From NCBI GenBank assembly GCA_032718475.1, contig JAUCBJ010007667.1:1-64000 (forward strand): 64,000 bases of DNA, written 5' to 3'. The notes under the pieces are model-generated. The model made no database searches. It saw nothing but the letters and a program-made list of their open reading frames with translations, and was not told the origin of the DNA. This document shows, in pieces, positions 44,201-56,200 of this stretch (within the stretch, counting starts at the first letter, position 1; each line of letters begins with the position of its first letter). Both the position numbers and the translations under genes were made by a program. The DNA is from Nemertoderma westbladi (taxonomy: Eukaryota > Animalia > Xenacoelomorpha).

Positions 44201-47200
44201 ATCTATCCAATCTACTCCGATCTATATTGCTGTATTATAGATCACCAACCTGTTATCTATCCAATCTACTCCGATCTATATTGCTGTATTATAGATCACC
44301 AACCTGTTATCTATCCAATCTACTCCGATCTATATTGATGTATTATAGATCACCAACCTGTTATCTATCCAATCTACTCCGCTCATATATTGATGTATTA
44401 TAGATCACCAACCTGTTATCTATCCAATCTACTCCGCTCATATATTGATGTATTATAGATCACCAACCTGTTATCTATCCAATCTACTCCGCTCATATAT
44501 TGATGTATTATAGATCACCAACCTGTTATCTATCCAATCTACTCCGCTCATATATTGCTGTATTATAGATCACCAACCTGTTATCTATCCAATCTACTCC
44601 GATCTATATTGCTGTATTATAGATCACCAACCTGTTATCTATCCAATCTACTCCGATCTATATTGATGTATTATAGATCACCAACCTGTTATCTATCCAA
44701 TCTACTCCGATCTATATTGATGTATTATAGATCACCAACCTGTTATCTATCCAATCTACTCCGATCTATATTGCTGTATTATAGATCACCAACCTGTTAT
44801 CTATCCAATCTACTCCGATCTATATTGATGTATTATAGATCACCAACCTGTTATCTATCCAATCTACTCCGATCTATATTGATGTATTATAGATCACCAA
44901 CCTGTTATCTATCCAATCTACTCCGATCTATATTGATGTATTATAGATCACCAACCTGTTATCTATCCAATCTACTCCGCTCATATATTGATGTATTATA
45001 GATCACCAACCTGTTATCTATCCAATCTACTCCGATCTATATTGATGTATTATAGATCACCAACCTGTTATCTATCCAATCTACTCCGCTCATATATTGA
45101 TGTATTATAGATCACCAACCTGTTATCTATCCAATCTACTCCGCTCATATATTGATGTATTATAGATCACCAACCTGTTATCTATCCAATCTACTCCGAT
45201 CTATATTGCTGTATTATAGATCACCAACCTGTTATCTATCCAATCTACTCCGCTCATATATTGATGTATTATAGATCACCAACCTGTTATCTATCCAATC
45301 TACTCCGATCTATATTGATGTATTATAGATCACCAACCTGTTATCTATCCAACCTACTCCGATCTATATTGATGTATTATAGATCACCAACCTGTTATCT
45401 ATCCAATCTACTCCGCTCATATATTGATGTATTATAGATCACCAACCTGTTATCTATCCAATCTACTCCGCTCATATATTGCTGTATTATAGATCACCAA
45501 CCTGTTATCTACACGAACCTACTCCGATCTATATTGATGTATTATAGATCACCAACCTGTTATCTACACGAACCTACTCCGATCTATATTGATGTATTAT
45601 AGATCACCAACCTGTTATCTATCCAATCTACTCCGCTCATATATTGCTGTATTATAGATCACCAACCTGTTATCTATCCAATCTACTCCGATTTATATTG
45701 CTGTATTATAGATCACCAACCTGTTATCTACACGAACCTACTCCGATCTATATTGATGTATTATAGATCACCAACCTGTTATCTATCCAATCTACTCCGC
45801 TCATATATTGATGTATTATAGATCACCAACCTGTTATCTATCCAATCTACTCCGCTCATATATTGCTGTATTATAGATCACCAACCTGTTATCTATCCAA
45901 TCTACTCCGATTTATATTGCTGTATTATAGATCACCAACCTGTTATCTATCCAATCTACTCCGATCTATATTGATGTATTATAGATCACCAACCTGTTAT
46001 CTATCCAATCTACTCCGCTCATATATTGCTGTATTATAGATCACCAACCTGTTATCTATCCAATCTACTCCGCTCATATATTGCTGTATTATAGATCACC
46101 AACCTGTTATCTATCCAATCTACTCCGATCTATATTGATGTATTATAGATCACCAACCTGTTATCTATCCAATCTACTCCGCTCATATATTGCTGTATTA
46201 TAGATCACCAACCTGTTATCTATCCAATCTACTCCGATCTATATTGATGTATTATAGATCACCAACCTGTTATCTATCCAATCTACTCCGCTCATATATT
46301 GATGTATTATAGATCACCAACCTGTTATCTATCCAATCTACTCCGATCTATATTGATGTATTATAGATCACCAACCTGTTATCTATCCAATCTACTCCGA
46401 TCTATATTGATGTATTATAGATCACCAACCTGTTATCTATCCAATCTACTCCGATCTATATTGATGTATTATAGATCACCAACCTGTTATCTATCCAATC
46501 TACTCCGATCTATATTGCTGTATTATAGATCACCAACCTGTTATCTATCCAATCTACTCCGCTCATATATTGATGTATTATAGATCACCAACCTGTTATC
46601 TATCCAATCTACTCCGATCTATATTGATGTATTATAGATCACCAACCTGTTATCTATCCAACCTACTCCGATCTATATTGATGTATTATAGATCACCAAC
46701 CTGTTATCTATCCAATCTACTCCGCTCATATATTGATGTATTATAGATCACCAACCTGTTATCTATCCAATCTACTCCGCTCATATATTGCTGTATTATA
46801 GATCACCAACCTGTTATCTACACGAACCTACTCCGATCTATATTGATGTATTATAGATCACCAACCTGTTATCTATCCAATCTACTCCGCTCATATATTG
46901 ATGTATTATAGATCACCAACCTGTTATCTATCCAATCTACTCCGCTCATATATTGCTGTATTATAGATCACCAACCTGTTATCTATCCAATCTACTCCGC
47001 TCATATATTGCTGTATTATAGATCACCAACCTGTTATCTATCCAACCTACTCCGATCTATATTGATGTATTATAGATCACCAACCTGTTATCTACACGAA
47101 TCTACTCCGCTCATATATTGATGTATTATAGATCACCAACCTGTTATCTATCCAATCTACTCCGATCTATATTGATGTATTATAGATCACCAACCTGTTA

Positions 47201-50200
47201 TCTATCCAATCTACTCCGCTCATATATTGCTGTATTATAGATCACCAACCTGTTATCTATCCAATCTACTCCGCTCATATATTGATGTATTATAGATCAC
47301 CAACCTGTTATCTATCCAATCTACTCCGATCTATATTGATGTATTATAGATCACCAACCTGTTATCTATCCAATCTACTCCGATCTATATTGCTGTATTA
47401 TAGATCACCAACCTGTTATCTATCCAATCTACTCCGCTCATATATTGATGTATTATAGATCACCAACCTGTTATCTATCCAATCTACTCCGATCTATATT
47501 GATGTATTATAGATCACCAACCTGTTATCTATCCAATCTACTCCGCTCATATATTGATGTATTATAGATCACCAACCTGTTATCTATCCAATCTACTCCG
47601 ATCTATATTGCTGTATTATAGATCACCAACCTGTTATCTATCCAATCTACTCCGATCTATATTGCTGTATTATAGATCACCAACCTGTTATCTATCCAAT
47701 CTACTCCGCTCATATATTGATGTATTATAGATCACCAACCTGTTATCTATCCAATCTACTCCGATCTATATTGCTGTATTATAGATCACCAACCTGTTAT
47801 CTATCCAATCTACTCCGATCTATATTGCTGTATTATAGATCACCAACCTGTTATCTATCCAATCTACTCCGCTCATATATTGCTGTATTATAGATCACCA
47901 ACCTGTTATCTACACGAACCTACTCCGATCTATATTGATGTATTATAGATCACCAACCTGTTATCTATCCAATCTACTCCGCTCATATATTGATGTATTA
48001 TAGATCACCAACCTGTTATCTATCCAATCTACTCCGCTCATATATTGCTGTATTATAGATCACCAACCTGTTATCTATCCAATCTACTCCGATCTATATT
48101 GATGTATTATAGATCACCAACCTGTTATCTACACGAATCTACTCCGCTCATATATTGATGTATTATAGATCACCAACCTGTTATCTATCCAATCTACTCC
48201 GATCCATATTGATGTATTATAGATCACCAACCTGTTATCTACACGAATCTACTCCGCTCATATATTGATGTATTATAGATCACCAACCTGTTATCTATCC
48301 AATCTACTCCGATCTATATTGATGTATTATAGATCACCAACCTGTTATCTATCCAATCTACTCCGCTCATATATTGCTGTATTATAGATCACCAACCTGT
48401 TATCTATCCAATCTACTCCGATCCATATTGATGTATTATAGATCACCAACCTGTTATCTACACGAATCTACTCCGCTCATATATTGATGTATTATAGATC
48501 ACCAACCTGTTATCTATCCAATCTACTCCGATCTATATTGATGTATTATAGATCACCAACCTGTTATCTATCCAATCTACTCCGCTCATATATTGCTGTA
48601 TTATAGATCACCAACCTGTTATCTATCCAATCTACTCCGCTCATATATTGCTGTATTATAGATCACCAACCTGTTATCTATCCAATCTACTCCGATCCAT
48701 ATTGATGTATTATAGATCACCAACCTGTTATCTACACGAATCTACTCCGCTCATATATTGATGTATTATAGATCACCAACCTGTTATCTATCCAATCTAC
48801 TCCGCTCATATATTGATGTATTATAGATCACCAACCTGTTATCTATCCAATCTACTCCGATCTATATTGATGTATTATAGATCACCAACCTGTTATCTAT
48901 CCAATCTACTCCGATCTATATTGATGTATTATAGATCACCAACCTGTTATCTATCCAATCTACTCCGATCTATATTGATGTATTATAGATCACCAACCTG
49001 TTATCTATCCAATCTACTCCGATCTATATTGATGTATTATAGATCACCAACCTGTTATCTATCCAATCTACTCCGCTCATATATTGATGTATTATAGATC
49101 ACCAACCTGTTATCTATCCAATCTACTCCGATCTATATTGCTGTATTATAGATCACCAACCTGTTATCTATCCAATCTACTCCGATCTATATTGATGTAT
49201 TATAGATCACCAACCTGTTATCTATCCAATCTACTCCGCTCATATATTGATGTATTATAGATCACCAACCTGTTATCTATCCAATCTACTCCGATCTATA
49301 TTGATGTATTATAGATCACCAACCTGTTATCTATCCAATCTACTCCGATCTATATTGATGTATTATAGATCACCAACCTGTTATCTATCCAATCTACTCC
49401 GATCTATATTGATGTATTATAGATCACCAACCTGTTATCTATCCAATCTACTCCGATCTATATTGATGTATTATAGATCACCAACCTGTTATCTATCCAA
49501 TCTACTCCGCTCATATATTGATGTATTATAGATCACCAACCTGTTATCTATCCAATCTACTCCGATCTATATTGATGTATTATAGATCACCAACCTGTTA
49601 TCTATCCAATCTACTCCGATCTATATTGATGTATTATAGATCACCAACCTGTTATCTATCCAATCTACTCCGATCTATATTGATGTATTATAGATCACCA
49701 ACCTGTTATCTATCCAATCTACTCCGATCTATATTGATGTATTATAGATCACCAACCTGTTATCTATCCAATCTACTCCGCTCATATATTGATGTATTAT
49801 AGATCACCAACCTGTTATCTATCCAATCTACTCCGATCTATATTGATGTATTATAGATCACCAACCTGTTATCTATCCAATCTACTCCGCTCATATATTG
49901 ATGTATTATAGATCACCAACCTGTTATCTACACGAATCTACTCCGATCTATATTGATGTATTATAGATCACCAACCTGTTATCTATCCAATCTACTCCGC
50001 TCATATATTGATGTATTATAGATCACCAACCTGTTATCTATCCAATCTACTCCGCTCATATATTGATGTATTATAGATCACCAACCTGTTATCTATCCAA
50101 TCTACTCCGATCTATATTGATGTATTATAGATCACCAACCTGTTATCTATCCAATCTACTCCGCTCATATATTGATGTATTATAGATCACCAACCTGTTA

Positions 50201-53200
50201 TCTATCCAAACTACTCCGCTCATATATTGATGTATTATAGATCACCAACCTGTTATCTACACGAATCTACTCCGATCTATATTGCTGTATTATAGATCAC
50301 CAACCTGTTATCTATCCAAACTACTCCGCTCATATATTGATGTATTATAGATCACCAACCTGTTATCTACACGAATCTACTCCGCTCATATATTGCTGTA
50401 TTATAGATCACCAACCTGTTATCTATCCAATCTACTCCGATCTATATTGCTGTATTATAGATCACCAACCTGTTATCTATCCAATCTACTCCGATCTATA
50501 TTGCTGTATTATAGATCACCAACCTGTTATCTATCCAATCTACTCCGATCTATATTGATGTATTATAGATCACCAACCTGTTATCTATCCAATCTACTCC
50601 GCTCATATATTGATGTATTATAGATCACCAACCTGTTATCTATCCAAACTACTCCGCTCATATATTGATGTATTATAGATCACCAACCTGTTATCTACAC
50701 GAATCTACTCCGATCTATATTGCTGTATTATAGATCACCAACCTGTTATCTATCCAAACTACTCCGCTCATATATTGATGTATTATAGATCACCAACCTG
50801 TTATCTACACGAATCTACTCCGCTCATATATTGCTGTATTATAGATCACCAACCTGTTATCTATCCAATCTACTCCGATCTATATTGCTGTATTATAGAT
50901 CACCAACCTGTTATCTATCCAATCTACTCCGATCTATATTGCTGTATTATAGATCACCAACCTGTTATCTATCCAATCTACTCCGATCTATATTGATGTA
51001 TTATAGATCACCAACCTGTTATCTATCCAATCTACTCCGATCTATATTGATGTATTATAGATCACCAACCTGTTATCTATCCAATCTACTCCGATCTATA
51101 TTGATGTATTATAGATCACCAACCTGTTATCTATCCAATCTACTCCGCTCATATATTGATGTATTATAGATCACCAACCTGTTATCTACACGAATCTACT
51201 CCGATCTATATTGCTGTATTATAGATCACCAACCTGTTATCTATCCAATCTACTCCGCTCATATATTGATGTATTATAGATCACCAACCTGTTATCTACA
51301 CGAATCTACTCCGATCTATATTGCTGTATTATAGATCACCAACCTGTTATCTATCCAATCTACTCCGCTCATATATTGATGTATTATAGATCACCAACCT
51401 GTTATCTATCCAATCTACTCCGCTCATATATTGATGTATTATAGATCACCAACCTGTTATCTACACGAATCTACTCCGATCTATATTGCTGTATTATAGA
51501 TCACCAACCTGTTATCTATCCAATCTACTCCGCTCATATATTGATGTATTATAGATCACCAACCTGTTATCTATCCAATCTACTCCGATCTATATTGATG
51601 TATTATAGATCACCAACCTGTTATCTATCCAATCTACTCCGATCTATATTGATGTATTATAGATCACCAACCTGTTATCTATCCAATCTACTCCGCTCAT
51701 ATATTGATGTATTATAGATCACCAACCTGTTATCTATCCAAACTACTCCGCTCATATATTGATGTATTATAGATCACCAACCTGTTATCTATCCAATCTA
51801 CTCCGATCTATATTGATGTATTATAGATCACCAACCTGTTATCTATCCAATCTACTCCGCTCATATATTGATGTATTATAGATCACCAACCTGTTATCTA
51901 TCCAATCTACTCCGATCTATATTGATGTATTATAGATCACCAACCTGTTATCTATCCAATCTACTCCGATCTATATTGATGTATTATAGATCACCAACCT
52001 GTTATCTATCCAATCTACTCCGCTCATATATTGATGTATTATAGATCACCAACCTGTTATCTATCCAATCTACTCCGATCTATATTGATGTATTATAGAT
52101 CACCAACCTGTTATCTATCCAATCTACTCCGCTCATATATTGATGTATTATAGATCACCAACCTGTTATCTATCCAATCTACTCCGATCTATATTGATGT
52201 ATTATAGATCACCAACCTGTTATCTATCCAATCTACTCCGCTCATATATTGATGTATTATAGATCACCAACCTGTTATCTATCCAATCTACTCCGCTCAT
52301 ATATTGATGTATTATAGATCACCAACCTGTTATCTATCCAATCTACTCCGATCTATATTGATGTATTATAGATCACCAACCTGTTATCTATCCAATCTAC
52401 TCCGATCTATATTGATGTATTATAGATCACCAACCTGTTATCTATCCAATCTACTCCGCTCATATATTGATGTATTATAGATCACCAACCTGTTATCTAT
52501 CCAATCTACTCCGATCTATATTGCTGTATTATAGATCACCAACCTGTTATCTATCCAATCTACTCCGCTCATATATTGATGTATTATAGATCACCAACCT
52601 GTTATCTATCCAATCTACTCCGATCTATATTGATGTATTATAGATCACCAACCTGTTATCTATCCAATCTACTCCGATCTATATTGCTGTATTATAGATC
52701 ACCAACCTGTTATCTACACGAATCTACTCCGATCTATATTGATGTATTATAGATCACCAACCTGTTATCTACACGAATCTACTCCGATCTATATTGCTGT
52801 ATTATAGATCACCAACCTGTTATCTACACGAATCTACTCCGATCTATATTGCTGTATTATAGATCACCAACCTGTTATCTACACGAACCTACTCCGATCT
52901 ATATTGATGTATTATAGATCACCAACCTGTTATCTATCCAATCTACTCCGATCTATATTGATGTATTATAGATCACCAACCTGTTATCTACACGAATCTA
53001 CTCCGATCTATATTGCTGTATTATAGATCACCAACCTGTTATCTACACGAATCTACTCCGATCTATATTGCTGTATTATAGATCACCAACCTGTTATCTA
53101 CACGAATCTACTCCGATCTATATTGATGTATTATAGATCACCAACCTGTTATCTATCCAATCTACTCCGCTCATATATTGATGTATTATAGATCACCAAC

Positions 53201-56200
53201 CTGTTATCTATCCAATCTACTCCGCTCATATATTGATGTATTATAGATCACCAACCTGTTATCTATCCAATCTACTCCGATCTATATTGATGTATTATAG
53301 ATCACCAACCTGTTATCTATCCAATCTACTCCGCTCATATATTGATGTATTATAGATCACCAACCTGTTATCTACACGAATCTACTCCGATCTATATTGA
53401 TGTATTATAGATCACCAACCTGTTATCTATCCAATCTACTCCGCTCATATATTGATGTATTATAGATCACCAACCTGTTATCTATCCAAACTACTCCGAT
53501 CTATATTGATGTATTATAGATCACCAACCTGTTATCTATCCAATCTACTCCGCTCATATATTGATGTATTATAGATCACCAACCTGTTATCTACACGAAT
53601 CTACTCCGATCTATATTGATGTATTATAGATCACCAACCTGTTATCTATCCAATCTACTCCGCTCATATATTGATGTATTATAGATCACCAACCTGTTAT
53701 CTATCCAATCTACTCCGATCTATATTGATGTATTATAGATCACCAACCTGTTATCTATCCAATCTACTCCGCTCATATATTGATGTATTATAGATCACCA
53801 ACCTGTTATCTATCCAATCTACTCCGCTCATATATTGATGTATTATAGATCACCAACCTGTTATCTATCCAATCTACTCCGCTCATATATTGATGTATTA
53901 TAGATCACCAACCTGTTATCTATCCAATCTACTCCGATCTATATTGATGTATTATAGATCACCAACCTGTTATCTATCCAATCTACTCCGATCTATATTG
54001 ATGTATTATAGATCACCAACCTGTTATCTATCCAATCTACTCCGATCTATATTGATGTATTATAGATCACCAACCTGTTATCTATCCAATCTACTCCGCT
54101 CATATATTGATGTATTATAGATCACCAACCTGTTATCTATCCAATCTACTCCGCTCATATATTGATGTATTATAGATCACCAACCTGTTATCTATCCAAT
54201 CTACTCCGATCTATATTGATGTATTATAGATCACCAACCTGTTATCTATCCAATCTACTCCGCTCATATATTGATGTATTATAGATCACCAACCTGTTAT
54301 CTATCCAATCTACTCCGATCTATATTGATGTATTATAGATCACCAACCTGTTATCTATCCAATCTACTCCGATCTATATTGATGTATTATAGATCACCAA
54401 CCTGTTATCTATCCAATCTACTCCGCTCATATATTGATGTATTATAGATCACCAACCTGTTATCTATCCAATCTACTCCGATCTATATTGATGTATTATA
54501 GATCACCAACCTGTTATCTATCCAATCTACTCCGCTCATATATTGATGTATTATAGATCACCAACCTGTTATCTATCCAATCTACTCCGATCTATATTGA
54601 TGTATTATAGATCACCAACCTGTTATCTATCCAATCTACTCCGATCTATATTGCTGTATTATAGATCACCAACCTGTTATCTATCCAATCTACTCCGCTC
54701 ATATATTGATGTATTATAGATCACCAACCTGTTATCTATCCAATCTACTCCGATCTATATTGATGTATTATAGATCACCAACCTGTTATCTATCCAATCT
54801 ACTCCGCTCATATATTGATGTATTATAGATCACCAACCTGTTATCTATCCAATCTACTCCGATCTATATTGATGTATTATAGATCACCAACCTGTTATCT
54901 ATCCAATCTACTCCGATCTATATTGCTGTATTATAGATCACCAACCTGTTATCTATCCAATCTACTCCGCTCATATATTGATGTATTATAGATCACCAAC
55001 CTGTTATCTATCCAATCTACTCCGATCTATATTGATGTATTATAGATCACCAACCTGTTATCTATCCAATCTACTCCGCTCATATATTGATGTATTATAG
55101 ATCACCAACCTGTTATCTATCCAATCTACTCCGATCTATATTGATGTATTATAGATCACCAACCTGTTATCTATCCAATCTACTCCGATCTATATTGATG
55201 TATTATAGATCACCAACCTGTTATCTATCCAATCTACTCCGCTCATATATTGATGTATTATAGATCACCAACCTGTTATCTATCCAATCTACTCCGATCT
55301 ATATTGATGTATTATAGATCACCAACCTGTTATCTATCCAATCTACTCCGCTCATATATTGATGTATTATAGATCACCAACCTGTTATCTATCCAATCTA
55401 CTCCGATCTATATTGATGTATTATAGATCACCAACCTGTTATCTATCCAATCTACTCCGCTCATATATTGATGTATTATAGATCACCAACCTGTTATCTA
55501 TCCAATCTACTCCGATCTATATTGATGTATTATAGATCACCAACCTGTTATCTATCCAATCTACTCCGCTCATATATTGATGTATTATAGATCACCAACC
55601 TGTTATCTATCCAATCTACTCCGCTCATATATTGATGTATTATAGATCACCAACCTGTTATCTATCCAATCTACTCCGCTCATATATTGATGTATTATAG
55701 ATCACCAACCTGTTATCTATCCAATCTACTCCGATCTATATTGATGTATTATAGATCACCAACCTGTTATCTATCCAATCTACTCCGATCTATATTGATG
55801 TATTATAGATCACCAACCTGTTATCTATCCAATCTACTCCGCTCATATATTGATGTATTATAGATCACCAACCTGTTATCTATCCAATCTACTCCGATCT
55901 ATATTGATGTATTATAGATCACCAACCTGTTATCTATCCAATCTACTCCGATCTATATTGCTGTATTATAGATCACCAACCTGTTATCTATCCAATCTAC
56001 TCCGCTCATATATTGATGTATTATAGATCACCAACCTGTTATCTATCCAATCTACTCCGATCTATATTGATGTATTATAGATCACCAACCTGTTATCTAT
56101 CCAATCTACTCCGATCTATATTGCTGTATTATAGATCACCAACCTGTTATCTATCCAATCTACTCCGCTCATATATTGCTGTATTATAGATCACCAACCT